This document shows, piece by piece, positions 19,500 through 29,639 of a stretch of 64,000 nt of DNA (positions within the stretch are counted from its first letter, which is position 1; the number at the start of each line of letters is the position of its first letter). The notes below the pieces were generated by a model that saw only the letters and a program-made list of their open reading frames with translations, made no database searches and was not told where the DNA came from. A program made the position numbers and the translations under genes. Origin of the DNA: an uncultured Gammaproteobacteria bacterium (GTDB lineage Bacteria > Patescibacteriota > Microgenomatia > 2-02-FULL-39-11); the NCBI GenBank assembly GCA_964520615.1, contig CAZFNL010000137.1, positions 7,140-71,139 on the forward strand. The letters are read 5' to 3'.

Positions 19500-20924
19500 T
19501 TATTTTTGTATTTCCTTTATTGTTGAAATCAGGTCGTTGCGCCACGTAAAAATGTCCCCTGCTCCCATAGCTATTATAAGATCATTATTACGGACAACTG
19601 ATTTTAGATAAGACAATATTTCTTCCTTGCTCTTTTTATAAATAACGTTGTTTCTCTGCCTGTTTGCCTCAATAATTAGCTGTTTGGAGTTTATCGCCGG
19701 ATCAAATTTTTCCCTAGCTGAAGGATAAATCTCGGATATTATCGCTAAATCAGCTTCCAAAAAAGATCGTGCAAAATCCGAAAAAAGCGCTTTTGTTCTA
19801 GAATATGTATGAGGTTGGAAAATAACTATAATTCTCCTCTCAGGAAACCACTGCCTGGCTGCAGAAATAGTAGCCTTTATCTCACTTGGGTGATGAGCAT
19901 AATCGTCATAAATGCTAATTCCGTCAATTTGGGAGAGTTTCTCAAATCTTCTTTTAGAGCCAATATAATGTTTCAACAATTCTCTAATCTTTTCCCACCC
20001 TATTCCGGTCTGATTTGCTACAATCGCTGTTGCAAGAGCGTTAAGAAGATTATGCTTTCCCGGAACTTTCAGCATAAATTCACCTAAATCCAAACCGTGG
20101 CTTTTTACCCTCATAAAACTTACGCCGTCACCGAAATAATGTTTAGTTATTTGATAATCAGCTAAGGGAGAAAACCCATAAGTCATAATATCCGCAGGAA
20201 TGTTTTTTAATGTATCCATTGCATTTTCATTATCAACGCATGTGATCACCAACCCATTTCTTGGTATTTTCATGGCAAATTTTCTAAAGGCTTCTTTCAC
20301 TTTATCAATATTTCTGTACGCGTCTGGATGGTCATATTCTATATTTGTAATAACCAGAAACTTTGGTGATTGCCAAAGAAATCTTGGAGTACTATCAGTG
20401 ATTGGACAAGTCATGTATTCGTCAGCTTCAGCGATAAAATAATCTCCTTTACCAAAATGTCCTGCAGGACCTAAACCGTTAATCTGAGCTGTGCCTATTA
20501 GGTATGAAGGGTCAAATCCTCCAAGAGTCATTACCGTGGCAATAAGAGATGATGTGGTAGTCTTACCATGGCATCCCGCGACTGATATGCCGGTTTTCCC
20601 TTTCATCAATTCGCCTATAAATTGACCATGCATGTACACAGAGAGCTTGTTTTTTTTAGCTTGCTGAGCTTCAGGATTAGTCATGCCTCCATGAGCTCCT
20701 GTGACGATGACATAATCATATTTACGTTGTCCTAAATTATCAGGCTTAAATCCACGCTTTATCTTTATTTTCAATTTTTTTAATACTGGATCTGTAGGAA
20801 AATGTTCATCTATATCAGAACCAGTAACATCAAACCCTTTCTCTACAAGATATACAGCAAGAGCGGTCATAGCTATTCCCTTGATACCGACTAGATATGC
20901 GGTTTTTTTCTTTTTGATTTGCAT
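19500..20924 (-). CDS. murC: UDP-MurNAc-L-alanine ligase MurC
   Basis: GIKGIAMTALA, GCHGKTTT, EADEY, DHPD, DDYAHHPSE, FQPHTYSRT, MGAGD. Confidence 0.97.
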   Translation of the reverse strand: MQIKKKKTAYLVGIKGIAMTALAVYLVEKGFDVTGSDIDEHFPTDPVLKKLKIKIKRGFKPDNLGQRKYDYVIVTGAHGGMTNPEAQQAKKNKLSVYMHGQFIGELMKGKTGISVAGCHGKTTTSSLIATVMTLGGFDPSYLIGTAQINGLGPAGHFGKGDYFIAEADEYMTCPITDSTPRFLWQSPKFLVITNIEYDHPDAYRNIDKVKEAFRKFAMKIPRNGLVITCVDNENAMDTLKNIPADIMTYGFSPLADYQITKHYFGDGVSFMRVKSHGLDLGEFMLKVPGKHNLLNALATAIVANQTGIGWEKIRELLKHYIGSKRRFEKLSQIDGISIYDDYAHHPSEIKATISAARQWFPERRIIVIFQPHTYSRTKALFSDFARSFLEADLAIISEIYPSAREKFDPAINSKQLIIEANRQRNNVIYKKSKEEILSYLKSVVRNNDLIIAMGAGDIFTWRNDLISTIKEIQK

Positions 20925-20946
20925 ATTGGATTTACAAAATATTATT

Positions 20947-21615
20947 CTAATTTATTAATCTTATCACGCTAATATTTCTTCCTGATTTATCCTTATCCCG
21001 ACGAAATGACGCAAATTCTTTATTACATTTAGTACAAACATCAAAGTTATCTATATTTTTTCGTTTGATACCCTTTGTTAAAATTGCGTTTACTGCAACC
21101 GATCCGATATCTAAATACCATCTGTCCTCTCTTTTTTCAGAAATTGCATGACCAATTCTGTCCTTAGTTTGGAAAGTTTTAATCCGTGCGTAAGGCACAT
21201 CATAACAACAATTTCCAATGTGAGGACCAATTACGCATATTATGTCTTTTACTTTCACTCCTTTACTAAGTAGTAAGTCAATGGCATTACTAATAATTCC
21301 AACCATAAGTCCCTTCCAACCAGCATGTAAAGCACAAACGATTTTTTTATCCGGCACAAATAAAAAAACTGGCATGCAATCTGCCGTTCTTATCTGTAAA
21401 TATATAGATTTATCTGTAATCATTCCGTCAAAACCATCAGGTTTTATCACCTTACTATCATTAAATTCCAATATTCTGTTTCCGTGAACCTGTTCAACTT
21501 TACAAACGTTTTTACTGAAAATACCGAATTTTTTCAGCGCCTTACTTTCGGTTTCATTGAAAAAATAATGACTAACCAGTTGAGAATATTTTTGTAGAAG
21601 ATTGGACTTGAGCAT
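20947..21615 (-). CDS. pgeF: PgeF/YfiH laccase-domain protein
   Basis: QVHG, DGMIT, TADCMPV, HAGWKG, GPHI..CCYDV, CT...SFRR. Confidence 0.92.
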   Translation of the reverse strand: MLKSNLLQKYSQLVSHYFFNETESKALKKFGIFSKNVCKVEQVHGNRILEFNDSKVIKPDGFDGMITDKSIYLQIRTADCMPVFLFVPDKKIVCALHAGWKGLMVGIISNAIDLLLSKGVKVKDIICVIGPHIGNCCYDVPYARIKTFQTKDRIGHAISEKREDRWYLDIGSVAVNAILTKGIKRKNIDNFDVCTKCNKEFASFRRDKDKSGRNISVIRLIN

Positions 21616-21669
21616 AAAATAAACTCCCTAAATTATATTTATGAATAAGACGGCTTAAACTATGTATAT

Positions 21670-22902
21670 CTATCTCTTCCCGGATAAGGCTTTTTCAACA
21701 GCTAATTTTTCGTCCCATGGATATTCTATATTCCCATAACACATTGATTTTTCATGTCCTTTACCAGTGATAAGTATTGTATCTCCGCCACCAGCCAATT
21801 TTCGTATGGCAAAGTTAATAGCTTCCTGTCTGTCAGGAATTTTCCAAAAACTCCTCTTTACCTTTTTGTATTCAACTAACAATCTTTTTCTCTTATCAAC
21901 AAATGTCATGCCGCCAATTACACAACCCTTAGCGATTTCATCTATTATGTCTCTAACATCCTCAGTTCTGGGGTCTTCTGCAGTAAGAATAGCAACATCT
22001 GACAATTTAGATGCTATTTCTCCCATTATTGGCCTTTTAAGCCTATCTCTCAACCCCGCACATCCAAATACGACAATCAGTCTGTTTCGCGTCATTTCTC
22101 TGCAAGCAGCAAGCGCCTTTTCCAAAGCATCAGGCTTATGGGCAAAATCAATGAATATCCTGTAGTTTCTTCTGATTTTAATCTCTTCCATGCGTCCGGG
22201 AATTCCCTTAAAATCAGCGATCGCCATTTCAACTTTTGACTTCTCTAAACCTAAAATTGAAGCTACGGATGCAGCAGCAAGACAATTATAGAGATTAAAC
22301 TTTCCGGGAATAAGAGGTTTCATATCATAATCTTTCAGTGTAATATCTGCGGGACGATCTATTCCATACCTTACAATCTTTCCTGATGCCTTTTGTCTCA
22401 AAAAATGAAAGTTTGACTCGTCCATGTTTAATACGCTGAAGGAAGCCCCGTTCATAATTTTTGCTTTTATTTTCTTATAGTTTTCAAAACTCTTATGATA
22501 ATCAAGATGCTCATGGGTAATATTTGTCACTACAGCAATATCAATTGAAGTTCCCCAAACTCTATACTGATCAAGGGCGTGTGAAGTGACCTCAAGAATA
22601 AAATATTCACTTCCTCCCTTTTGGGCACTTTTAATAAACTTCTGCAAAGCCCAGGAAGAAGGTGTTGTAACATGAAATCCAGTATCATAAGTCTTACCGC
22701 TTATGTTTGCTTCAACAGTGGATACCATAGAAACCTTGTATCCCAAGCGTTGTAAAATATGATAGATAAGATGGGTAGTAGTAGTTTTGCCTGAAGTTCC
22801 TGTTACACCTATAATTTTCATTTTCCCGGCAGGAAATCCGTAAAAGATACATGCGAAGAATGCATTTAGAAAATGTAAATAATTTTTAAACTGTTGCAGC
22901 AT
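21670..22902 (-). CDS. murE: UDP-MurNAc-dipeptide ligase MurE (short form)
   Basis: GVTGTSGKTTT, HVTTP, LEVTSH, HLDYH, DFAHKPDAL, EDPR, GKGHE. Confidence 0.95.
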   Translation of the reverse strand: MLQQFKNYLHFLNAFFACIFYGFPAGKMKIIGVTGTSGKTTTTHLIYHILQRLGYKVSMVSTVEANISGKTYDTGFHVTTPSSWALQKFIKSAQKGGSEYFILEVTSHALDQYRVWGTSIDIAVVTNITHEHLDYHKSFENYKKIKAKIMNGASFSVLNMDESNFHFLRQKASGKIVRYGIDRPADITLKDYDMKPLIPGKFNLYNCLAAASVASILGLEKSKVEMAIADFKGIPGRMEEIKIRRNYRIFIDFAHKPDALEKALAACREMTRNRLIVVFGCAGLRDRLKRPIMGEIASKLSDVAILTAEDPRTEDVRDIIDEIAKGCVIGGMTFVDKRKRLLVEYKKVKRSFWKIPDRQEAINFAIRKLAGGGDTILITGKGHEKSMCYGNIEYPWDEKLAVEKALSGKR

Positions 22903-22942
22903 GAGTTTGTCTATAATCAGCTTATAGTATGCTATAAGGTAC

Positions 22943-22956
22943 AATTATAACAGAAT
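22943..22956 (-). promoter_or_regulatory. Extended -10 promoter upstream of murE
   Basis: ATTCTGTTATAATT, identical over 14 nt to the dgkA element. It is followed by a CTTATAG-N4-CTATAAG hairpin at 22921-22938. Confidence 0.55.
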
Positions 22957-22983
22957 TGAGGCAGTATATCCAAAAGTATAAAA

Positions 22984-24663
22984 TCAATCCGACGGTGATA
23001 TTTTCAGATATGAAAAAAGCTGTTTTGCAATCGAAAAAAACACAGGTGCGGCTGTTTCCGAACCCCACTGAGATGCTGTAGGCTCATCGAGTACTACCAG
23101 CATGACAAATTTAGGATTATCCACAGGGGCAAAACCAACAAATGAAGCAATTGTTTTTGAACTGTCGTAATGGCCTGAAATTGGAACCTGAGCTGTGCCG
23201 GTTTTACCAGCAATACGAAAGCCTGCCGGCTTGAGGTTTTTTGTTTCACCTTTATCCACCGCCTCAACCATCATTTCTTTCACCACATCCGTAGTCATTT
23301 TGGAGAAAACTGTCCTTACAATTTTTGGTGCTATTTCGATTTGGCTTCCATTATCAGTGCTTATACTTTTAACCACATGAGGTTCCATCAATTTTCCTCC
23401 GTTGGCAATTGCCGATACGGCAGTAACCATCTGTAATGGAGTCACGGCAACCCCTTGACCAAATGAGGCTGTAGCGTAATCAATCGGATACCATTTGTCT
23501 CTTGGACGTAAATCCGGTGATGATTCTTCCTGCAAATCTATTCCAGTTATACTACCGATACCAAGATTTTTCAGGTAATTTAAGAAGACCATTTTTTCCA
23601 ACTTTTCCTCAACAAATACCATTCCGACATTTGATGAATATTCTAGAATTTGAGTCATGGTTATCTTACCATGATATTGTCTATTCCATGTATTTATAGT
23701 ATAACCACCGATTTCCACCGGTCCTGATTCATCGTATAACATATCTGCAGTCACTTTACCTTCATTTATTGCTGATGACATTACAAGTACCTTAAATGTT
23801 GAACCCGGCTCATAAAAGGAAGCTACCGCAGGATTTTTATAATACTGCGTGGGATAATTATAAAAATCTGCCGGGTCATATGATGGATATGATGCCATAG
23901 CGAGTATTCCTCCGGTATTTGGATCCATAATTATGACTGACCCGCCTTTTGCACCGTATAATTCTATTCCTTCTTTCAGTTTAGTCTGAGCTATAAATTG
24001 AATAGTTTTATCCAAATATAAAGTCAAGTCTCTACCATCCTGAGCCAATATGACTTGCCTCTCGCCCGACAAGATAGGGTTTCCTTGCGCATCCTGATCC
24101 TGAACTATCATACCGTTCCTACCGCGTAACTGTTCGTCATAATAACCTTCAAGTCCAAAATATCCCTTATCTTTCCCATTGGCATCTTTACCTACAAAAC
24201 CCAAAAGATGAGCTGACATAGATCCCTCGGGATAATATCTTTTCTGTTCAGAAAGAAAATCAACTCCATTCAAATTAAATTTCTTTATACTTTTTACCGG
24301 ACTCTCATCCACCTTATGTGCTATAGGCACCCAAACAAGTGACTTGTTATCCAAACTAGCTGAAATGGTGGATATAGGAATATTTAAGGCTTCCGACAGT
24401 ACAGATTCTACTTTGGAAATATCTGTAATCTTTTTTGGCTCAATATAAACTCCATAAGCTTTTTTGTTTAAGACCATAGGACTACCATCTGAGGCAAAAA
24501 TCCTTCCTCGACTTGCCGATACTGCCAAAGAAGTCTGACTTTGATTTTGAGCCAACGCTCCTAGACTATCCGCTGATAAAACTTGCCAGTAAAAAAGTTT
24601 CATTGCCACTAACCCAAAAAAAATAAAAAGTAGCAAAAAGAAGAATTTTATCCTCAGGTTCAT
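22984..24663 (-). CDS. ftsI: Class B penicillin-binding protein (FtsI)
   Basis: RGRI, RYYPEG, GLEGYYD, EPGSTFK (SxxK), SSN, KTGT. Confidence 0.93.
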   Translation of the reverse strand: MNLRIKFFFLLLFIFFGLVAMKLFYWQVLSADSLGALAQNQSQTSLAVSASRGRIFASDGSPMVLNKKAYGVYIEPKKITDISKVESVLSEALNIPISTISASLDNKSLVWVPIAHKVDESPVKSIKKFNLNGVDFLSEQKRYYPEGSMSAHLLGFVGKDANGKDKGYFGLEGYYDEQLRGRNGMIVQDQDAQGNPILSGERQVILAQDGRDLTLYLDKTIQFIAQTKLKEGIELYGAKGGSVIIMDPNTGGILAMASYPSYDPADFYNYPTQYYKNPAVASFYEPGSTFKVLVMSSAINEGKVTADMLYDESGPVEIGGYTINTWNRQYHGKITMTQILEYSSNVGMVFVEEKLEKMVFLNYLKNLGIGSITGIDLQEESSPDLRPRDKWYPIDYATASFGQGVAVTPLQMVTAVSAIANGGKLMEPHVVKSISTDNGSQIEIAPKIVRTVFSKMTTDVVKEMMVEAVDKGETKNLKPAGFRIAGKTGTAQVPISGHYDSSKTIASFVGFAPVDNPKFVMLVVLDEPTASQWGSETAAPVFFSIAKQLFSYLKISPSD

Positions 24664-24977
24664 AAAGATGATTGAAGACTGTAGGCTACTGGAAGCGGCG
24701 TGTCAAGAGAAATGAGAATTGATGTTTTAACCAAACCAAACTGTCCGGCCTCTTGGGAAATAGTGGCGATTGCCGAGGCAGATGCTATTTTTTCTGTTAG
24801 CAAACTGTTATCATCCTGCAAACTCTGTATTTGACCGTTTAAGCTAGTTAGCTTAATCCCAACCGTAGAGAATTTATTTAAGAGTACTACCTGAATGACA
24901 GCGAAAAGGGAAACAGCTGCTAAAAGTAAAATGTTTATTTTAGACTGGTGATTGTTATTAATTTTCATCCTTTCCAT
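24660..24977 (-). CDS. ftsL: FtsL-like protein
   Basis: Single TM plus coiled coil; lies between rsmH and ftsI. Confidence 0.7.
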   Translation of the reverse strand: MERMKINNNHQSKINILLLAAVSLFAVIQVVLLNKFSTVGIKLTSLNGQIQSLQDDNSLLTEKIASASAIATISQEAGQFGLVKTSILISLDTPLPVAYSLQSSL

Positions 24978-24986
24978 AATTTCAAC

Positions 24987-25940
24987 CTAAACTTTTTCAG
25001 CTATCCTCAGTTTTCCAGATTTTGACCGTTTATTTATACTTAATTCAGAATATTTAACAGTAATTGGTCTTTTGGTAACTATATTGAGTCTTTTCTCCCG
25101 GCTGTTCTTTCGAAAAAAGGTCTTTACCAGTCTATCCTCAAGCGAATGATAACTAACTACGCACAGTCTGCCTTTGGGGCTTAAAAGATCTATTGCCTGA
25201 GTCAACCCATTTACCAAATTTGTCATCTCTCCGTTTACTTCAATACGCAAAGATTGAAATATTCTTGCCAGGCTATTATTTATCTTTAACTCCAAATACT
25301 TATTTTCTAATCCCTTATGTAGACTTATTGAAACAATATCCACTAACTGTCCAACATTTATTATTGGTTTTATGGCACGGGCGAAAACAACAGCTGAAGC
25401 AATTGCCCCAGAATTGAGTTCCTCAGCGTATTTACTAAATATTTCATACAATTTTTCCTTTGAATAATTATTCAATATGTATGCGGCGGTCTTATCTGTA
25501 TCTGTATCCATTCTCATGTCTAAAGGCTCACTAGTTTTTCTGAAAGAAAATCCTCTGCCTGAACTTTCAAGTTGATGAGTAGACATACCAAGATCAAATA
25601 CTATTCCATCTACTTTGCTAAAATCGGCTTCTTTAGCCAAGCTTTCCAAATAGCCGAAATTACCTTTTGAAAGAACGATTTTTCCCTTAACACCGCTTTC
25701 TAATTTCTCTTTTTCGAGTCTTTCACTTACCCATTTCAAAGCATCGTTATCTATATCTACTCCCAGTACCTTTCCACCATTTTCTGCAATTGCGAAAGTA
25801 TATCCACCTCCACCAAGCGTCGCATCAATATACTTTGCTCCACACTTCACTCTTAACCCATCAAGCACTTCGGAAAGAAGTACCGGAGTATGATATGAGT
25901 CCGTCGGTTGTAAAATCATAGGCAGTGTGATTTTATCCAA
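24987..25940 (-). CDS. rsmH: 16S rRNA m4C1402 methyltransferase RsmH (MraW)
   Basis: HTPVLL, DATLGGGG, FDLGMS, PLDMRM, FQSLRIEVN, SYHSLEDR. Start is TTG 25940 or ATG 25919. Confidence 0.97.
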   Translation of the reverse strand: MDKITLPMILQPTDSYHTPVLLSEVLDGLRVKCGAKYIDATLGGGGYTFAIAENGGKVLGVDIDNDALKWVSERLEKEKLESGVKGKIVLSKGNFGYLESLAKEADFSKVDGIVFDLGMSTHQLESSGRGFSFRKTSEPLDMRMDTDTDKTAAYILNNYSKEKLYEIFSKYAEELNSGAIASAVVFARAIKPIINVGQLVDIVSISLHKGLENKYLELKINNSLARIFQSLRIEVNGEMTNLVNGLTQAIDLLSPKGRLCVVSYHSLEDRLVKTFFRKNSREKRLNIVTKRPITVKYSELSINKRSKSGKLRIAEKV

Positions 25941-26066
25941 GAATTATTACCTCCGGCACTCCTTCTTTCCGTATTCAGTTAACTTTCATTCTTTATAATC
26001 GATTCTATATTCCTCCCGCATTCATTTATTCCAAATCGCAAAATGAATCCATGCGCTCTTCAAACG

Positions 26067-26456
26067 TCATAATTTATTTCTGTAATCTTCCCAATTTCTT
26101 TTAGACCAAATCTCAAAATGGTCTCCTGCTCCAATAATCACCAAACTTTCAGATATGTCTGCATATCCCATCATTTCCTGCGGCAGGACGAACCTGCCCT
26201 GTGCATCCAAATCTATACTCACTGCACCGGAATACATTTTTCTCCTTAAATCTCTTCCCTCTTTGTCTGAAAATAAAGGCCTTGCCAATTCTGTTCTTGT
26301 CACTTCCTCCCACGATTTTTCCGGAAAGCCGAAAATACAATGCTCAAATCCGGTAGTCAACACAATTCTGTCTCCACCCAAAGAGTTTCTTATCTTTTTC
26401 GGCAATGCAACCCTGCCTTTATCCATCAAATTCGGTTCGTATGTGCCTAAAAACAT
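26067..26456 (-). CDS. mraZ: Transcriptional regulator MraZ
   Basis: MFLGTY, DKGRVALP, DAQGRFVLP, GDHFEIW. Confidence 0.97.
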   Translation of the reverse strand: MFLGTYEPNLMDKGRVALPKKIRNSLGGDRIVLTTGFEHCIFGFPEKSWEEVTRTELARPLFSDKEGRDLRRKMYSGAVSIDLDAQGRFVLPQEMMGYADISESLVIIGAGDHFEIWSKRNWEDYRNKL

Positions 26457-26460
26457 ATTT

Positions 26461-26527
26461 CTACATTTATCACCACTTTACACCACTTTATTCCATAATG
26501 CTACTGTAACCACCTCTTGTCAAGAGG
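26461..26527 (-). promoter_or_regulatory. dcw promoter with MraZ-binding direct repeats
   Basis: TTGACA (26523-26518)-N17-CATTAT, then 10-bp-period repeats ATGGAATAAA GTGGTGTAAA GTGGTGATAA ATGTAG just before the mraZ ATG. Confidence 0.8.
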
Positions 26528-26558
26528 CAACAGCAGCACTTATCCCTTCAATACAAGT

Positions 26559-26631
26559 GTCATTCTCGAGAAGGCGAGAATCCTGATTCCCAATCAGGCT
26601 CGCCTCGCTGGTGAAGCGGGTCGGGCCCGAC
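26559..26631. repeat. REP/RPE-like palindromic element with nested 23-bp insert
   Basis: GTCATTCTCG-AGAAGG-CGAGAATCC, then GATTCCCAATCA[GGCTCGCCTCGCTGGTGAAGCGG]GTCGGG. Confidence 0.6.
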
Positions 26632-26760
26632 AAAACAACATTATCGAAGCAAAAAAAAGGATATCGAAATGAGTTCTAGCACTCAGGCAGGAAATAAATC
26701 TCAAGAGATGACTTAGAACCAAAAATGGGGGATAACAATGAATGAAACAATTTCGGGTTT

Positions 26761-28434
26761 TTAATTCTTACCTAGTATCACTACCACGTCATATTTACCG
26801 CTGTCAGATAAAGATTCGACAGTTGAAGTGTCTATTTTATCCTTCAAATCAGCTTTTATAAGAGGCAGGTAATCCTTTTTACCGTCTTTTATCTTCAGAA
26901 CGCTTTTGGCGTAATTCTGGTTATCCGCATTTGACTTTGCCACGTTCTTATAACCCAATCCTTCAAGATAAGTAGCTATATCGCCAGCGTAACCTGTTTT
27001 ATCTGTACCATTTTCTACCGACACTTTTAGATCACTTCTTTTAAGATTAGGATTTACTGTTGGAGTTGGAGTCAATGAAGGCATTACAGTGGGTATTGGA
27101 GTGGGAGTGGGAGAAGAAGAAAATGGCAACGATATTCCCGATTTTTTACCACGGACTATTGTAAACAAGCCTCCCAAGACTAACACAACTCCTACAAGAA
27201 CAAGAATTATTCTTACCATTTTATTGACAAGAAGTTTCCCTAATCCTGACCGTTGATACTGTGTAAGATCATTTCCAAGAAGAGCATTATCTGAATATCC
27301 TGTAGAGGATGTTTTAGCGGAAACAGTCTCAACTGGTTTCGATTTATATTCTTCCTTCTCGTTATTCACTACAGTCTCCATACTTCTAGATTCATACTTT
27401 GGCTCCTTTACCTCTTTTTCTGCCGTTTCTTCTTTTTCTTCCAGATCTTCCAAAGGATGTTTCTGTGCCATTTGTATCTCTGGCTCTGAAATATTTCCCA
27501 CTTCCTGTACGTCACGGGCAAAATTAGGTGGAGACTTTGTTCTGGAAAGAAAAATTAAGCCCAATGAATTTGAAAGAAGCATTTTAGGAATTCCGCCTGA
27601 CTCAAATCCCAATTTTTCCTTCTGCAAAACACCTTCCATGAAATCACCCATCTTTAGTGTTTGTAGGTTTAATGCTTCTGAAAGCTCGCTTGAATGAAGT
27701 TCCATTGATTCTATACCGTTTAATATCATTTTTGACACATGAATATCATGATTTTTTTCCAATTCCGCCAGAACACTTCTAGTTTCAGTAGCAAAACCCT
27801 TCCCGCTTAATTTCTTATGCATCGAACTGACAGGACCAAATTTGTCATAAATGATATACTCCGCTGTCTTCTTATCAATACTGGAGTAGAGAATTTTTTC
27901 ACTATCTCCAATCACATCCTTCACAAGCTCAAAAATCGCAAATGATCTTGATGAAATAAAAAGAGGACTAATTCCAATTGACAATAAAAACTTTGCAAAG
28001 TGGGCTATAGTGTTTTTGGCCGTAGCGGTATAGAGAATTCCTTTTTTTCCTCTCCCGTCGTTTACTATCCGGTAAAAATTATCCAGCTCAGATGGATCAT
28101 AAGGCAGTATTTTCTTAGCCTGATCAATAACTACATCTGAAATATCTTCCTCTCTTACCGAGCTGTCCAACGGGAATCTGTGCGTAATTACCTGTTTATC
28201 AGAGATAGTAATGGCGGCTTGCTTGTCATTTTGGGATCGAGGATAACCTGAAGCAAAAATGCTTTTCAATTCGGATTTTAGCTTTTCCGGATCAACAATA
28301 AGACCGTTTATTATAAGACCGTCTGATATCTCGTGCCTGGCGCAGCTTACAATTTTTTCTCCGCCCAGTATACTTTTGTTCGTTTGTATTGATTCAACAG
28401 AAGTATCATTGAAGTCTATATAAAGCATATTCAA
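26761..28434 (-). CDS. Membrane protein: PilM/actin-like N-terminal domain, acidic linker, TM, PT-rich linker, LytR C-terminal domain
   Basis: N-terminal YIDFND...GLIVDPEKL...QAKKILPYD (PilM-like pattern); C-terminal VSVENGTDKTGYAGDIATYLEGLGY...NAD...YDVVVILG (LytR_C). Confidence 0.7.
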   Translation of the reverse strand: MNMLYIDFNDTSVESIQTNKSILGGEKIVSCARHEISDGLIINGLIVDPEKLKSELKSIFASGYPRSQNDKQAAITISDKQVITHRFPLDSSVREEDISDVVIDQAKKILPYDPSELDNFYRIVNDGRGKKGILYTATAKNTIAHFAKFLLSIGISPLFISSRSFAIFELVKDVIGDSEKILYSSIDKKTAEYIIYDKFGPVSSMHKKLSGKGFATETRSVLAELEKNHDIHVSKMILNGIESMELHSSELSEALNLQTLKMGDFMEGVLQKEKLGFESGGIPKMLLSNSLGLIFLSRTKSPPNFARDVQEVGNISEPEIQMAQKHPLEDLEEKEETAEKEVKEPKYESRSMETVVNNEKEEYKSKPVETVSAKTSSTGYSDNALLGNDLTQYQRSGLGKLLVNKMVRIILVLVGVVLVLGGLFTIVRGKKSGISLPFSSSPTPTPIPTVMPSLTPTPTVNPNLKRSDLKVSVENGTDKTGYAGDIATYLEGLGYKNVAKSNADNQNYAKSVLKIKDGKKDYLPLIKADLKDKIDTSTVESLSDSGKYDVVVILGKN

Positions 28435-28527
28435 TTAGGTTTATATAAATAAATATAATCCCCTTTCGCAAATAAAGCAATGCCTTTTTTGAGTCTACCA
28501 GCTCCAAACAAAGAATGCAACTTGTGC

Positions 28528-29166
28528 CTATTGCCAACGATTGTTTTTATATTGTGACAAAGTAAAACTTGGACCATGCCCTGGAAATACTGTAGTGTCA
28601 CCCGGCAAGCTTAAAATTGAATATATAGATTTTTGCAGAAAGTCACTACTGCTATAAGAGAAGTCCGTTCTACCTACTCCTCCTCCGGCAAACAAAAGGT
28701 CGCCGCCAAAAAGAGATTTTGATTTTTCTTGATAAAGGCAAACACTCCCTGGAGTATGTCCTGGAGTCTCTAGAATTTCTATATTTTCATTACCAACATT
28801 CAGAGTTTTTTTATCCGTCAGAAACCCGCTAATTTGAGGTGGAGGATCAATCTGAAGAATACCCAGGAAATGCCGGGCTGATTGCTGCATATTCTTCATC
28901 AAGAATACATCCTTCTTGTTTATATAAAATGGAATATCAAAAGCAAGTTGTAGCTCTAAAGCCGCCATAATATGGTCAAAATGACCATGTGTAGCTACTA
29001 AAGACACAGGTTTCAGACTCATATCTTTTAATTTTCTTATAATATACTCAACATCATCACCGGGATCAATAATTAAAGTAGACAATGTATCAGGGTCAGA
29101 AAGAAGATAACAGTTGGTCGCCATTTGACCTACCGTCAACACTGTAATTTGGAGATTTTCCTTCAT
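28528..29166 (-). CDS. MBL-fold metallo-hydrolase (glyoxalase II-like)
   Basis: NCYL, IDPG, THGHFDH, TPGHTPGS, GDLLF, PGHG. Confidence 0.93.
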   Translation of the reverse strand: MKENLQITVLTVGQMATNCYLLSDPDTLSTLIIDPGDDVEYIIRKLKDMSLKPVSLVATHGHFDHIMAALELQLAFDIPFYINKKDVFLMKNMQQSARHFLGILQIDPPPQISGFLTDKKTLNVGNENIEILETPGHTPGSVCLYQEKSKSLFGGDLLFAGGGVGRTDFSYSSSDFLQKSIYSILSLPGDTTVFPGHGPSFTLSQYKNNRWQ

Positions 29167-29624
29167 TACAGGGAATACGTTTTTTGAAACACGCTAATAC
29201 CACTAGATGAATTAAATTTCAAAGAAAGATCAATTGAGGTAACTCCCGTATCATAGACGCATTTTCCACTACTGCAGGTTCCCAGCACTATATCATCCCG
29301 TTTGACCTCTGAGTCTCCACTTTTAAGCGTAATTTTCCCCAAAACTCCGCGGGGAATTCCTGCTCCAGTTACATAAGTCATCTCATATTCTACTGATTGT
29401 GTATCGGAAGGTATCCTTTTTATATCCAAAGATAAAGACTTATTACCATCATTCGATGTTAGACTAACTTCAACACTGCTTGAAACTGTGGGAAACGCGA
29501 CTGTAGGAGTAGGAGTGACATCTGTTACGGCGGGTTTATTTGAAACCAAACCCTTAACCGCAAAAAAGACAACAACTATAATAACGATAATAGCGATAAT
29601 AACTCCTATAATAATCTTTTTCAT
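29166..29624 (-). CDS. Membrane-anchored hypothetical protein with PT-rich linker
   Basis: N-terminal TM, VTPTPT, beta-rich domain with LGTCSSGKCVYD Cys pair. Confidence 0.8.
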   Translation of the reverse strand: MKKIIIGVIIAIIVIIVVVFFAVKGLVSNKPAVTDVTPTPTVAFPTVSSSVEVSLTSNDGNKSLSLDIKRIPSDTQSVEYEMTYVTGAGIPRGVLGKITLKSGDSEVKRDDIVLGTCSSGKCVYDTGVTSIDLSLKFNSSSGISVFQKTYSL

Positions 29625-29639
29625 TTTCTTCTCCTTTTA

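Noticed and set aside
25941-26066. Possible degenerate GAAT-containing short repeats between mraZ and rsmH
   Set aside because: The spacing is too irregular to call an array by eye.
26155-26586. 143-aa plus-strand ORF over mraZ
   Set aside because: It is antisense to mraZ and its tail (VSFSRRRES) is just translation of the REP-like repeat.
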